The translations under genes were made by a program, and so were the position numbers. From Eledone cirrhosa (Eukaryota), in NCBI GenBank assembly GCA_964016885.1, contig OZ024749.1:248001-312000 (forward strand): 64,000 bases of DNA, written 5' to 3'. Position 1 is the first letter of the stretch. Every line of letters begins with the position of its first letter. The notes under the pieces are model-generated. The model was not told the origin of the DNA. It made no database searches and saw only the letters and a program-made list of their open reading frames with translations. Of the stretch, positions 10,644 through 23,289 are shown one piece after another.

Positions 10644-10816
10644 CAAAGTAATCCAACTTATTTTACTAATGGGATAAAAAATGATAAACCGTACGCAGTC
10701 CCGCGCTTCTTGCTTATAGTTTAGAATGTCTTACTAGCTACTCCAGCCTAAATACATGTAGCAAAGAAAAAGATACAGAAGTTTTGTTATACTTTGTAGT
10801 AGTAGAGAAATGACAG

Positions 10817-11113
10817 GAAGTAGTAGTTGTGGCTGTGGTGGTGGTGGTATTTGTGGCTGTAGTGGTAGTTTTGGTGGTGGTGGTAGTAGTAGTTGTGGCT
10901 GTGGTGGTAGGAGTAGTTCTGGCTGTGGTGGTGGTGGTTGTGGTAGTAGTAGTTGTGGTGGTGGTGGTAGTTGTGGCTGTGGTAGTAGTGGCTGTAGTGG
11001 TAGTAGTGGCTGTGGTGGTGGTGGTAGTGGCTGTGGTGGTAGTAGTGGTTGTGGTTGTAGTAGTGGTGGCTGTGATAGTAGTTGTGGCTATGGCGGTAGT
11101 AGTGGTGGCTGTG
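10817..11113 (+). repeat. Complex (GGT/AGT/GGCTGT)n microsatellite
   Basis: Direct reading. Confidence 0.95.
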
Positions 11114-11114
11114 A

Positions 11115-11583
11115 TATATATACTATTGTATTTTCACAGTAAAGGCTTTACCTCACATAATATTTACATTACTCTATATATACTATTGTATTTTCACAGT
11201 AAAGGCTTTTCTTCACATAATATCTCACATAAGATTTACATTACTCTATATATACTATTGTATTTTCACAGTAAAGGCTTTACCTCACATAATATCTCAT
11301 ATAACATTTACATTACTCTATATATACTATTGTATTTTCACAGTAAAGGCTTTACCTCACATAATATCTCACATAACATTTACATTACGCTATATATACT
11401 ATTGTATTTTCACAGTAAAGGCTTTACCTCACATAATATCTCATAACATTTACATTACTCTATATATACTATTGTATTTTCACAGTAAAGGCTTTACCTC
11501 ACATACTATCTCACATAACATTTACATTACTCTATATATACTATTGTATTTTCACAGTAAAGGCTTTACCTCACATAATATCA
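11115..11583 (-). repeat. 72-bp minisatellite array (about 6-7 units) in a TTAA-MITE remnant
   Basis: Reverse complement of the unit at 33717-41001. MITE terminal inverted repeat (TIR) ...TAAATGTTCAAGGG-TTAA ends at 11682. Confidence 0.9.
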
Positions 11584-11711
11584 AATCTACGAAATTTTGA
11601 TATTATTTATTTTGAGAACAATACCTTAACGTCAGTATGAGTGGCAGGTTAAAGCCGGCTGTTTTAAATGTTCAAGGGTTAAGGAGTAATTTTTATAATA
11701 TAGCTATTAGT

Positions 11712-13026
11712 CACTACCACAGCCACCACTACCACCACAGCAACTACTACCACCACGGCAACTACATCCACCACTACTACTACTACCACAGCCGCCACAA
11801 CTACCACCACAGCCACCACCACTACCACCACTGCCACTACCACCACAGCAACTACTATCACCACTACCGCAGCTACCACTACCACCACAGCCACCAATAC
11901 CACCACCACAGCCTACTACTACTGCTACAACTACTACTGCTGCCACTACCACCACAGCCACCACTACTACCCCAGCGGCCACTACCACCACAGCCACCAC
12001 TACCACCACAGCCACCATTACCACCCCTACTACCACAGCCACAACTACTGCTACTACCACAGCCACCACTACTACTCCAGCCGCCACTACCACTACAGCC
12101 ACCACTACCACCACAGCAACTACTACCACCGCAGCCACCACTACCACCCCTACTACCACAGCCACCACTACAGCCACAACTACTACCACTACAGCCACTC
12201 ACAACCACCACTACTACCACAGCCACCACTACCACCACAACCACCACAGCAACTACTACCACCACAGCCACCACTACTACCACAGCCGCCACTACAACCA
12301 CAGCTACTACTACTACCACAATTACAACTACCACTACCACCACAGCCACAACTACCACCACTACCACCACAGTTACAACTACCACCACTACCACCACAGC
12401 CACAACCACCACCACTACCACCACTACTACCACAACTACTACTACCACAGCCACAACTACCACGACAGCTACGACTACTACTACTACCACCACAGCCACT
12501 ACTACCACCACAGCCACCACTACCACCACAGCCACAACCACCACCACTACCACTGCCACTACTACCACCACCACCACTACCAACACAGCCACTATTACCA
12601 CCACAGCCACAACCACCACCACTACCACCACAGCCACAACCACCACCACTACCACTGCCACTACTACCACCACCACCACTACCACCACAGCCACTATTAC
12701 CACCACAGCCACAACCACCACCACTACCTCCACAGCCACCACTACCACCACAGACACAACCACCACCAAAGCTACAACCACCATCACAGCCACCACCACT
12801 ACCACCACAGCCACCACAACCACCACCACTACCACAGCCACTACTACCACCACAGCCACCACTACCACCACCACTACCACAACAGCCACTACTACCACCA
12901 CAGCCACCACTACCGCCACAGCCACCACTACCACCACAGCCACAACCGCCACCACTACCTCCACAGCCACCACTACCACCACAGTCACCACTACCACCAC
13001 AGCTACAACCACCACCACTACCACAC
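11712..13026 (+). repeat. Complex (ACC/ACT/ACAGCC)n microsatellite
   Basis: Direct reading; inverted homolog of 32570-33605. Confidence 0.95.
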
Positions 13027-13045
13027 AAAAGTAAACCACACTTAC

Positions 13046-13110
13046 TGTTCTGCAGTTGGCTTCGGTGTAAAGAGATTGCTGTTGTGAGGTTTGTTTCCAC
13101 TCTTTGCTGG
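13046..13110 (-). pseudogene. Antisense duplicate of coding exon 7 with splice sites
   Basis: Reverse complement of 32484-32548 with 2 substitutions, within a larger inverted duplication. Confidence 0.85.
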
Positions 13111-13169
13111 CTGAAATAGAAACAACTAATGTATTAAATGTAAGTATGTACTCTTGTGACGCTAAACTG

Positions 13170-13790
13170 CGCCAGTTGCAGACTGCACATCAACATGTCA
13201 TATCTCTCTCCACAAAGTTTGATCACCAACAGCAGAGTTTAAAGAGCAAAGATCAAGTCCAGTTCATAAATTGACATTGTCAAGCCATTGTTTTGGATGC
13301 TGGCGTCTGCTTCTCTTACCAGCCAACCTTCCTCCCAGGAATATATAATACCTTTTGATCACCAACAGCAGAGTTTACAGAACAACGGTCAAGTCCAGTC
13401 CATAAGTTGACATTATCAAGCCATTGTTTTGGCTGCCGGCCTCTGCTTCTCTTACCAGCCAACCTTCCTTCCAGGCATAACCTACTCACACCATGAGTTG
13501 ATATTTTTATATGACCATATAGCTTGAGTATTCTTAACTTGACAATTGATGTAATTGGTCTAAGGCTGGTAATGTTGAGCAGCTCACTGATACAGATATG
13601 GTCGCTGAGGCGGTTGCCAGTCATAAGTCTCATGATGTGGTTCTGGAATGTAGAGAGCTTCTGAAGTGACCTTATCGTCCAATTAACACAGTCAAGACCA
13701 TATAACACAACTGGTAGGATGTAAGGATCAAAGATCTTAGCCTTCAAATGATAGGAAACTCGTTTTGATGTTAGTACTTCCTTGTTCTTA
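13170..13790 (-). mobile_element. 3' fragment of a different RTE-like LINE family
   Basis: KAKIFDPYILPVVLYG...GKRSRGRQPKQWLDNV; related copies at 22300-22705 and 31560-32422. Confidence 0.8.
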
Positions 13791-13807
13791 TTGACACTAT
13801 ACATGAC

Positions 13808-14200
13808 CACCCATCATCATCACCGTTTAATGTCCATTTTTCCATGCTAGCATGGGTTAGATGCACTGTCCTGTTGTAAGAAATGTCAAGTCAGATGTGC
13901 TTTTTGTTGTGACACCTACATGACCACTTTACAGTGTGTACTGGGTACTTTTTGTTGTGACACCTACATGACCACTTTACAGTGTAGACTGGGTACTTGT
14001 GACACCTACATGACCACTTTACAGTGTGGACGGTGCTTTTTGTTGTGACACCTTCATGACCACTTTATAGTGTGGACTGGGTGTTTTTTGTTGTGACACC
14101 TACATGACCACTTTGCAGTGTGTACTGGGTACTTTTTGTTGTGACACCTACATGAACACTTTACGGTGTGTACTGGGTACTTTTGTTGTGACACCCAGTC
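13808..14200 (-). repeat. RTE 3' UTR fragment with about 40-46-bp minisatellite expansion
   Basis: (CAT)n tail followed by repeated TTGTGACACCTACATGACCACTTTACAGTGTG..CTGGGTAC. Confidence 0.8.
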
Positions 14201-14380
14201 CTACCTCCCTTCTTCTGATTACTGAATAATAAAGCTGGTGTGTATTTGAGGACTCTACCCCCATCATCACTCAGGAATAAGTGGGTGAAGAAGAAGACTA
14301 TATAAATATTGTGGAGTCCTGTTGGCAGTTGCTAAATCCATCATATTCAGGCTTTAAACTTTTTATCTTTTTATTTTCAG

Positions 14381-14486
14381 ACCAACTTTTTATCTCTGTT
14401 TGAAGAAGCCCAAGAAAAATGTTATGTAATTTGCATCCCACAGTCATCTTCGCTTATTGGGGTTAACATCAACACAAAATTTATAA
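14381..14486 (+). CDS. ANKRD27/VARP-like gene, coding exon 2 (TNFLSLFEEAQEKCYVICIPQSSSLIGVNINTKFI)
   Basis: Polypyrimidine tract, TTTCAG acceptor, GTGAGT donor; phase 0 to 1; open frame. Confidence 0.85.
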
Positions 14487-14518
14487 GTGAGTTCTTTTTA
14501 TTTTATATGTTTCATGCT

Positions 14519-14747
14519 TTAACCGTTTTCATGCCAAACACCCATAACAACCTTTGTTAAGTTATGTTCCAAACATCCCTGGTTCTATGATACAAAACTG
14601 TTTATGTTAAAGTGTTTATATTTATCTAAAAACTTTTGGAAATGAGTTCATAACTTTGAAGTTCATAACTTTGAAGTTATGAACTGTTGGAAACAAGTTC
14701 AAACATGTAAGGACGAGTTATCTTGTCTACGGCAATGAAGAGGTTAA
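14519..14747. mobile_element. Small TTAA-flanked MITE (piggyBac/Kolobok-like)
   Basis: TTAA-CCGTTTTCATGCC ... GGCAATGAAGAGG-TTAA imperfect TIRs. Confidence 0.55.
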
Positions 14748-15754
14748 TGAAATTATTGAGATAAAACTTTGTTGGAGGCCAGTGAAACCTGCTCACATGT
14801 GAGTTGAACTGTAATTTCATTGAAATTTAATCTGCAAAGACTTAAGATGGCTGTTAATTGTAGAGGTTATTCAATCTGTCGGATAGTTAACTCTGACTTC
14901 TCAATGTTAAGAGTCACACACTTACATCATCTAATATATAATGATTGGAGGACTACGAGACTGTGTCAGGGATATTTTACTGAACATGTTATTAAAATAA
15001 GTTGGATTACTTTGAATAAATCATGAATGAATATTATGTAATTTATCTACTAAATTTTGTAGCTATTGATTAAACATAAATATTCTTATATGTAATGTCT
15101 GTTGTGCTCATAATTTTTGGCATTAATATACTGGTTGGATGCCCTTCCTATCACCAGCACCACTTTACAGCATGGACTGGGTGCTTTTATTTGTGCCACC
15201 AGCACTAGAGAGGTTGTCTTACTGGACTCTGGGGCCCTCTCCACCCCATAGTTTGCAATAGTTTTTAACGGCTAAATGCCACTACCATTACTTCCATTTT
15301 ACAGCATGGACTGGGTGCTTTTATTCGTGCCAATAGCACTAGGGAAGTCGTCTTACTGGACTTAAGGGACTTCTCCACCCATCACCAATTTATTCGGAGT
15401 GGTAGCTCTCCTAGATGGGTTGCCTACATTACAGTTTATGGAGCCCCCGTGACTGCTCTGAGCGGATCTAGGTTTAAGGTGCTATATGCACCTTAAAATG
15501 GCTAGCATACAGCTGAAAAGGACCCATCCCACCGTTGCAAGCAAGGAAAAGCAGACATAAAAGATGGCTGTTAATTCTAGAGGTTATTCAATCTGTTGGA
15601 TAGTTCTGACTTCTCAATGTAAAGAATCACAGCAAACCCTGACAATATTTAAATAAACTTTGTATGACAACACAGGACAATAATTAAAGTTTTTACCTTT
15701 TGTCATAAAAGATAATAATACAAAATTTTTTTTATTAGAATTAATTATTCTATA

Positions 15755-16018
15755 GAATGTACACAATGCAGATCTTGGGTACACAAGAGATGTAGTGGGA
15801 TAGCAGGCAAACTAACAGGTAGGGAAAACTACATATGTAATAGATACAGGTAGGATCTATAGAGGTGGTTGATAGCCTCCGATATCTAGGTGATCAGATT
15901 AGTAAGGGAGGAGGGTGCTCTGAGGCAATAGTTTCTAGAATACGGACAGGTTGGAAGAAGTTTAGGGAGCTGCTTCCTCCATTGACAAAGAAGGGTTTCT
16001 CCCTATGAACGAAAGGTA
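15755..16018 (+). mobile_element. RTE-B internal fragment
   Basis: Matches the CTQCRSWVHKRC...KKGFSL region of 54901-56862. Confidence 0.8.
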
Positions 16019-16240
16019 TCATATGTGTGTGAGTGTATGTGTGTGTTTGTGTGAATGTATGTGTGTGTTTGTGTGAATGTATGTGTGTGTTTGCGTGGGT
16101 TTGTGTGAATGTATGTATCTGTGGGCATGTGTGTGTGTTTATATTTATATCCCCATACATATAAATGTATACATACACATACAATTGTAATGAATTGTGT
16201 GTATGTGTTGATGACCTCTGGTCTAAACTATATAATAATA

Positions 16241-17180
16241 TCATCATCATCATCGTTTAACGTCCATCTTCCACGCTAGCATGGGTTAGACGGGAATTAT
16301 CCCACTTGAAGCAAGATTGATCAGGTAGCCGTGTCTGGCTCGTACAGAACTGTATCTGGCAGGTTTTTGGGGGGATGTCCTTCCTAACACCAACCACATC
16401 TACAGTGTGGACTGGGAGCCTTTTTGTTGTGGCACCTACACAACCACTTTAGTGTGAACTGAATGTTCTGTGGTACCAACATAAATTTACAGAGAAAGGG
16501 TGGTGTTGGCAGGAGTGGGAGGATGGAGTAGGGGTAGTGGGTTGGGGTGTATATTGGATTAAGAGGAGCCTACTGACTGTAGGTTTTACTTTGTACATTA
16601 GGGAAAGCGGGTCTTCTGTATTACTGCGTGGTGCCAAAGATCTCGATCCAGTGACATTGTCTTAGAGAGGTGCAAGTGTGCAAGGTCAGGTTTTATCATG
16701 TCGTCCCAGGTTTTTCTGGGTCTACCTACTCCGTAACTTCCATCAATTTTGATCACCCTGCACTTTTTTATACAACTGTTGTCCTTCATGCGCACCACGT
16801 GACCATACCAACGTAATCTTCTCTCAAGTAAACAGCATCTGATCCCTCTTATTCCTAATTTCTCTCTTAGTTCATTTATATTACTATTACACATCCATCG
16901 GAGCATGCATGCTTCATTCTTTTCCAGTATGCGCAGGTCCTCTGCACACAATGCCCATGTCTCACTGCCATGTAACATTGCTGTTCGTATACAACCATCA
17001 TACAATCTGCCTTTCAATTTTAGAGAAAAACCTTTTGTGGCCAACAGCGGTATTAGCTCTCTCAACTTTTTCCATCCCGTTCTAACTCTGGCTACTGTAC
17101 TTTCAGAGCATCCACCACCACTGCTGATTTTGTCACCCAGGTAACGGGAAGTCTCTACTATTTCTATAGAATCATCTGAA
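16241..17180 (-). mobile_element. RTE-A-like 3' fragment
   Basis: C-terminal RT ORF, 3' UTR and (CAT)n tail on the + strand. Confidence 0.88.
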
Positions 17181-17184
17181 CAAC

Positions 17185-17365
17185 ACTGCAAAAGCATTCC
17201 CGTGGACAGTGGCCGGTGATGCTGCAACAGCCACTCCACCTCGTGGAGCTCCATCTTCAGACTGGCTACTGGTGTACTGATCTTGTAGAGGAGATCGACT
17301 GTACTGGGTCCAAGTACGCCTGAGGACTCGATGGCGACCAATGTGAAGAGGAAGCGGCCGGACAA
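17185..17365 (-). mobile_element. Fragment of a restriction-like-endonuclease (RLE) non-LTR element (CRE-like)
   Basis: FTLVAIESSGVLGPSTVDLL...EWLLQ resembles RLE C-termini. Confidence 0.45.
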
Positions 17366-17493
17366 TCTCCGTTGAACATTCAGTTGTCTAAATTATGTGT
17401 TGCATCTTTGTGAATTATTCACATATTTTGAACTCAATCTTAATCAATTGAAGATACCATATGATTTTATTTTATTTTTATTTTAAATTTCAG

Positions 17494-17530
17494 AGTCTCA
17501 TCTGTTGAAACCGTCGCCATTCTTTAAAGG
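17494..17530 (+). CDS. ANKRD27/VARP-like gene, coding exon 3 (KSHLLKPSPFFKG)
   Basis: TTTCAG acceptor, GTTTGT donor; phase 1 to 2 fits both neighbours. Confidence 0.8.
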
Positions 17531-17596
17531 GTTTGTAACTATTATTATTACTATTATTATTATTTCGTTTATCTTGCTTTATGTTCATACAAGTAT

Positions 17597-18150
17597 TTAG
17601 AATAAGGACGGGTTGGAAGAAGTTTAGGGAGCTGCTTCCTCTGTTGACAAAGAAGGGTTTCTCCCTGCGTACGAAAGGACGGTTATATGATGCCTGTGTG
17701 AGATGCGCGATGCTGCATGGTAGGGAGACATGGGCAGCAACTGCAGAGCATATGCGACAGCTGGAGAGAAATGAAACAAGTATGCCCCATTGGATGTGCA
17801 ATGTCAATGTGCGTGAACGACCAAGCATAGATGAGTTGAGAGAGAAACTGTGTATAAGAGGGATAAGTTGTAGTGTGCAGGAGAGAAGGGTGAGATGGTA
17901 TGGACATGTGATACGCATGGAAGATGACTGCTAGGTAAAGAAGTGTCAAGAAATCCCAGTAGAAGGAAGATGCAGTAGAGGAAGACCACAAAAAACATGG
18001 GCGAAGGTGGTGAGAGCTGACCTCAGATCACTGAAGCTCATAGTGCAGATGACGAAGGATCGTGACAAGTGGAGAGATACTGTGCTGTATAGAACCCGTC
18101 CCACCCTTGCAAGCAAGGAAAAGTGTACGTAAAATGATGTTGATGATGAC
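17597..18150 (+). mobile_element. RTE-B 3' fragment
   Basis: RIRTGWKKFRELLPLL...; ends in a degenerate (GAT)n tail. Confidence 0.88.
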
Positions 18151-18189
18151 GTTATCACCAAGTCACATCTACACACATGTATCTTTAGG

Positions 18190-18420
18190 TGTTCACACTT
18201 GTGATATACTTATAGCGACAGAATCTTCCTTAGTATATGGGCAGTTCCCATTAGTACTATCTTTTGTATTTCTTCTATACACGGGTTTCCTGGGATTTGA
18301 GATAAGTAATCATTAAACCCCTTAGGTATCATTCCTAGAGCACCTACAATCACTGGTATTGTTTTAGCTCTCAACTTCCACATTTTTCCAATCTCGATTT
18401 CCAGGTCTTTATATTTGCTC
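18190..18420 (-). mobile_element. R4/Dong-like RLE non-LTR retrotransposon 3' fragment
   Basis: KYKDLEIEIGKMWK...IPVIVGALG...QKIVLMGTAHILRKIL, typical RLE C-terminus. Confidence 0.75.
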
Positions 18421-18690
18421 ATCATCATCATCACTGTTTTACGTCCGTTCTTCGACGCTAGTATGGGTTAGACGGGTTGTCCTGTTGTGCACAGTGTCTG
18501 GTCGGCTGACCTTGTCTTGCTCATACGGGAACTGATTCTGGCTTGATTTCTACAGCTGGATGCCCCTCCTAACACCAACCTCATTTACAGTGAGTGCTGG
18601 GTGCTTTTTTTCCGTGGTGCTACACGTCCACTTTACAGTGTGGGCTGGATGCTTTTTTGCCGTGGCACCTACACGACTACTTTGCAGTGG
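18421..18690 (-). mobile_element. RTE-C 3' UTR fragment
   Basis: Matches 56933-57190. Confidence 0.75.
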
Positions 18691-18810
18691 AATGATAGGG
18701 ACCCCAGTCCTATCATCTCATTTCTACAGCTGAGTAAACTGGAGCAATGTGAAATAAAGTGTCTTGCTCAAGGACACAACACATCACCTGTTCAATTTTT
18801 ATTATTATTA

Positions 18811-19286
18811 CTAGCAGAAAAGCCACCCTTCGGGTGGTTTTCTGCTAGCAAGTGTAGTGTGTATATTGATATTTTACGCAAGTATATATACATGTAGATA
18901 TGATACGTCAAATAAAATCGTAATTGACAATATACACAGAAATTGAACGAAGACTGTGTTACACTGTCTTATTTAATCAGTAATCCATGATACATTAAAA
19001 AAAGACGATATTATATATAAACTGCATTAGGAAAAAATTAGTGACAGAAAATTAATATGTTTATTTAAGTGATCGCCACCGGAAGTGTTGACATTTGAAA
19101 ATTTTAAAGAAGTGAATCTTTAAATAAATAATAAAATATATTTAATGAACAGCCACAAAATTTAGTAGATAAATTATGTAATATTCATTCATTATTTGTT
19201 CAAAGTAATCCAACTTATTTTACTAATGGGATAAAAAATTATAAACCGTACGCAGTCCCGCGCTTTTTACTTTATTATAGTTTAGA
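18811..19286 (-). mobile_element. Non-autonomous Helitron, complete short copy
   Basis: On the minus strand: A|TCTAAAC ... subterminal hairpin ... CTAG|T; no TSD. Confidence 0.78.
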
Positions 19287-19297
19287 TTTCTATTATT

Positions 19298-20160
19298 GGC
19301 GTTCTGTAGAGGGTTAGTGGAGGGAAAGTGCAACGATGTCCTTGGGGAGACTCTGGGCGTCAACGAAAATCAACTAGCCAATCTCTTTGCGAAAACTTTC
19401 GGGCCGGGGCCCATGGACAATTTCCAGAAATCCCTGGCCTGGTAGTGCTACCGAGGAGCTTTGCCAGTTTGGGATAAACTCTACAGTTATGGAAGTGCCG
19501 ACAGCCGGGCCTGTTCGAGATGCGCACAGGGCGACGAAATTGTCCTGCATGCACTTGTTCAGTGTCCGAGCGTTGCTGACTTGTGGGTTTATGTCGAACA
19601 CCTGCTGTCGTGTGTAGGATGGATCTGGCTTTCAGCTGAGCCCATCATGAAGATTATCCCGCTGCCCTCCTTTAACCAGGAGGGGCAGGCAGTTTTTATC
19701 TGCCTGGTGGCCATGGTAAAAAAGGTTGTATGGTGGACGCGTCTGAAAGGGTTGAAGACGGGCACTTTCCTCTTTGGTGACGCCCTCATTAACTTTTTCA
19801 GGTTTCACCTAAAAAGGAAAATCAGGGTGGAGAGGGAAGTGCTGCCTTCCAGCCAGTTTGTTGAAAGGTGAGAGAGGCCTGAGTGAATGGGCCTACTCTG
19901 AGTGTGCCTGTAGCATCGTAGGAGGAAGACTGGAAGAGGACACTTGCCCTAGCGGTCAGGGTAACCGTGGCTTTTTTGTGGGCTTTCTCCAAGAGTGACC
20001 CTCGGAAGTCTCCCCTCTATTGGGGAATTTTTCCTTGCTTCTTTTTTCATACATATAATTTTGTTTTTGTTTTTTTTACACGCAGAAATACCCATTTGTA
20101 CGGTCCTGTATTGTCCTTAATGTTATACTTTATGTCAACCCTTGTGGTTAATAAACAAAG
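19298..20160 (+). mobile_element. Tx1/L1-clade 3' fragment, related to 34316-39922
   Basis: GPMDNFQKSLAW and CSRC...H...C zinc knuckle; 3' AATAAA end similar to the full copy. Confidence 0.85.
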
Positions 20161-20271
20161 CATTATAACAAGGATTATTTCCTGACTTATAAAATGAAAA
20201 GGAAAATTAACAAATTTGAAACTTAGCATATCAATGAGGAAAAAAATATAAAATACTGCAATACATCTATA

Positions 20272-20375
20272 GTGAAGGAATATGACTAAGTGGTTAGGGT
20301 GTGAGATTCATAATCATCATGGGTTCGATTCCTGAATCAGGCTGCATCTTGTGTTCTTTAGCAATACGTTTCATG
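20272..20375 (+). mobile_element. tRNA-derived SINE head, degenerate
   Basis: A-box-like TGACTAAGTGG and B-box GGTTCGATTCC; no complete cloverleaf. Confidence 0.55.
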
Positions 20376-20685
20376 TTACTTTTTATTATAAGACTTAGGC
20401 CCACTATCATATGAGATACTACTTCGTATGACCCAGCTAAACCTACATAAGTGTAGGGTCCCTATCATTAAAATACCCAAGAAACCTCATGAGATACAAC
20501 CTTGTAGGAGACCAACTAAACCTACATAGGTGTGAGATGTAACCACAATATGTAGTGTGTTGATTGGACAAAAGCCCCTTGCTACACACTGCGTCATGCC
20601 GAATCTCCCTGAGAACTATGTTAATGTCATGAACTGACTGTTCCATTCATTGTCGAAACCAAAGTAGATTGTTTTTGTTTTACAG

Positions 20686-20753
20686 TCAATATTATACCTC
20701 ATGTTCAAAAGGAAAGGTTGTGTATCTGGAGAAAAACGAACTTTATCTAGAAG
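20686..20753 (+). CDS. ANKRD27/VARP-like gene, coding exon 4 (QYYTSCSKGKVVYLEKNELYLE)
   Basis: TTACAG acceptor, GTAAGC donor; phase 2 to 1. Confidence 0.82.
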
Positions 20754-21029
20754 GTAAGCAATTAGACATTAATTTGTAATGATTTAGCAGAAAATATATA
20801 AAAACAGGTTTGTTGATTCAAATGTTTATAGTATCTTTAGTAGTGGACAGATTTTGTGAAAATTTGTAGTATTATCTCTTAACATCCTGTAATGGTTTAG
20901 CAGGATATATCTAAAAACAGGTTTGCTAATTCAAATATTTACTCTTTTACCTGTTCCTGCCATCTGGCTGAAGCCATGCTGGGGTACCGCCCTTGTTGCT
21001 ACATATTCTATCTCCAGCCTATGATGGCT

Positions 21030-21800
21030 GGCCATTGGTGTAAGAGGGAGTTTGTTGCTGCTGCCCTTAGGTTGCCTTCGTACTGTGCTGTGGGCTCATA
21101 TGGGATCCTGGATAGCAGTCAAGATATTTCTTGAAAACATCCACGTTTCTTGGCAGCTTGTGGAAGAATTGAGGGCCTTTGAACACCAGGCTATTGCAAT
21201 ATCTGCTCCTTATTCTAGATGTGGAAAACGGGACCTTTGGCACCACACAGTGACATCCTGTTCGGGGATTGGTCCAGCTCTCAATGCCAAAGTTTGGTGC
21301 TAGTCCCTCCAGAATGTTCCATATGTATAACACTGCATATCTCTCCCGTCTTCATTCCAAGGATTAGAGTTTCAGTTCTTTTAGCCTCTCCCAGTAGCTT
21401 ATCTCCTTCGTGGCAATCCTCTTGGAGTAGCTTTGATGGATTGCCTCAAGCTCCGTGGTTAGTTTGATACTATAGGGTGACCACAGATGGGATACTATAG
21501 GGTGACCACAGTCCAGGCAGCTTAAGACAAATAGTATCAACATGGTCTCTTGTCCAGATAGTCCTCAAGATCCAGCCAGCGAGTTGCCACCGTTATGATG
21601 TGTGAAGAAAAAGATGCATCATCACTCATGTCTATCCCCAGGTTTCGATTTCGAGAGGGGTTTCAATCCCTCCTGGTCTGGCGTAGCTGTGTTGTACTGT
21701 ATTTGTGTTTACAGGTTGGCATTGTAGGGCTTGAAATTTTCCAGTATTAAACTGTATGTTGTTGTCCTCAGCCCATTTGTATATGGCATCCAGATCTTGG
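21030..21800 (-). mobile_element. Degenerate CR1/L2-like LINE 3' fragment
   Basis: WAEDNNIQFNTGKF and IWNILEGLAPN...GPQFFHKLP remnants. Confidence 0.6.
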
Positions 21801-22299
21801 TGTTTGTAGTCGATTTAATTGACTTTCCCTTCTCCCTAAATTACTGGGCTATACTAGAAATCAGTATTAACTCTTAACATCCTGTAATGATTTAACAGAA
21901 AATTCTAAAAGCAGATTTGTTAATTCAAATATTTATAGTGTCTTTACTAGTGGACAGATTGTTGTGAAAATTTGTCTGAGAAATGTACCAAGATTGTTAA
22001 CTGGTGCAAATAAGACCACCAATACTGCAATATGGTTAGAGGCAACAAAAGCAATCATACCATATTTTCCTTCGTACAGCTTAACAAAGATCACATACTG
22101 GCCTTATATAGAGAGACATGTTCGAAAAAATATATTGCAGTCTCCATTTCATACTGCGAGAACTGGTGATTGATTTGCAACCTGCCCTGAGGGGCATAGG
22201 TTTGGCACACAAAATTGCGTATCCTGAGACCCCAATGAGAATTTGGAAGGGAGCAAACTATAATAAAGACTTCAATTGTCAAATTGATACATAGTACTA

Positions 22300-22705
22300 T
22301 TGTGTTATATGGTCTTGACTGTGTTAATTGGACGACAAGGTTACTTCAGAAGCTCTCTACATTCTAGAACCACATCATGAGACTTATGACTGGCAACCGC
22401 CTCAGCGACCATATCTGTATCAGTGAGCTGCTCAACATTACCAGCCTTAGACCAATTACATCAATTGTCAAGTCAAGAGTACTCAAACTATACGGTCATA
22501 TAAAAAGATCAACTCGTGGTGTGAGTAGGTTATGCCGGAACGAAGGTTGGCTGGTAAAAGAAGCAGAGGTTGACAGCCAAAACAATGGCTTGACAATGTC
22601 AACTTATGGACTGGACTTGATCTTTGCTCTTTAAACTCTGCTGTTGGTGATCAAACTTTGTGGAGAGGGATATGACATGTTGATGTGCAGTCTGCAACTG
22701 GCAGT
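22300..22705 (+). mobile_element. RTE-like LINE 3' fragment (same family as 13170-13790)
   Basis: Sequence similarity to 13170-13790 and 31800-32422. Confidence 0.75.
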
Positions 22706-22824
22706 GTCTAAGAAAGACTGTTTTGTACTTTTCAAGAATATCTTGCTGTTGCAATTTCACACAGCACAGAGTTAATTTTTCCCTTTAATTGTATATTTGT
22801 CTCTGTTCTTTCATTAATCTGCAT

Positions 22825-22825
<1 letters not shown>

Positions 22826-22899
<74 letters not shown>

Positions 22900-22962
22900 C
22901 ACTCTCTCTCTCACACACTCCACACTCTCTCTCACTCTCTCTCTCACTCTCACTCCCTCTCT
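22826..22962. repeat. (TC)n microsatellite
   Basis: Direct reading. Confidence 0.95.
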
Positions 22963-23027
22963 ATTTAACTGTTAACCCCTCTCTTACACCCACCCTCCTA
23001 CCGCTCTCTTTCTTCTCTGGTTGTCAG

Positions 23028-23083
23028 GTTTTTTCGGTGGATCCCGCACCAAGATATTAAATGAAGAGATTGGTTATAACAAG
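23028..23083 (+). CDS. ANKRD27/VARP-like gene, coding exon 5 (GFFGGSRTKILNEEIGYNK)
   Basis: TGTCAG acceptor, GTATGT donor; phase 1 to 0; resembles ANKRD27 GF...ILFEETFYN. Confidence 0.82.
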
Positions 23084-23289
23084 GTATGTGACTTAGTGGT
23101 GGAATTTTTATTTTTTCTTTCTTTCCACTTCTCAGTAAAGACCCCTTCCCTCTTCTGTCACCAGTGACCTTGGGATTTCTACCTAGAAAGTTCCCCCTCT
23201 GAAGCACAAGTCCCAGCAAGGTTGTTTGTGGAGGACCAACAGTCGCCCATGTATACCAGTCTCTCTCCTCTCTCCATACCACTGAGGTT

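Larger units (their letters stand above)
8405..10725 (-). mobile_element. Non-autonomous Helitron, interrupted by Gypsy and SINE insertions
   Basis: On the minus strand: 5' TCTAAAC, then 3' hairpin plus CTAG. Uninterrupted sister copy at 18811-19286. Confidence 0.75.

Noticed and set aside
10810-13100. Long poly-Val, Gly-Cys-Ser, Thr and Pro ORFs (also 32494-33636 and 41107-42193) resembling mucin, keratin-associated or extensin proteins
   Set aside because: Translations of trinucleotide-based microsatellites, open in several frames on both strands, lying in introns.
20272-20345. tRNA gene
   Set aside because: Only A/B boxes, no acceptor or anticodon stems, and it continues into SINE-like body sequence.
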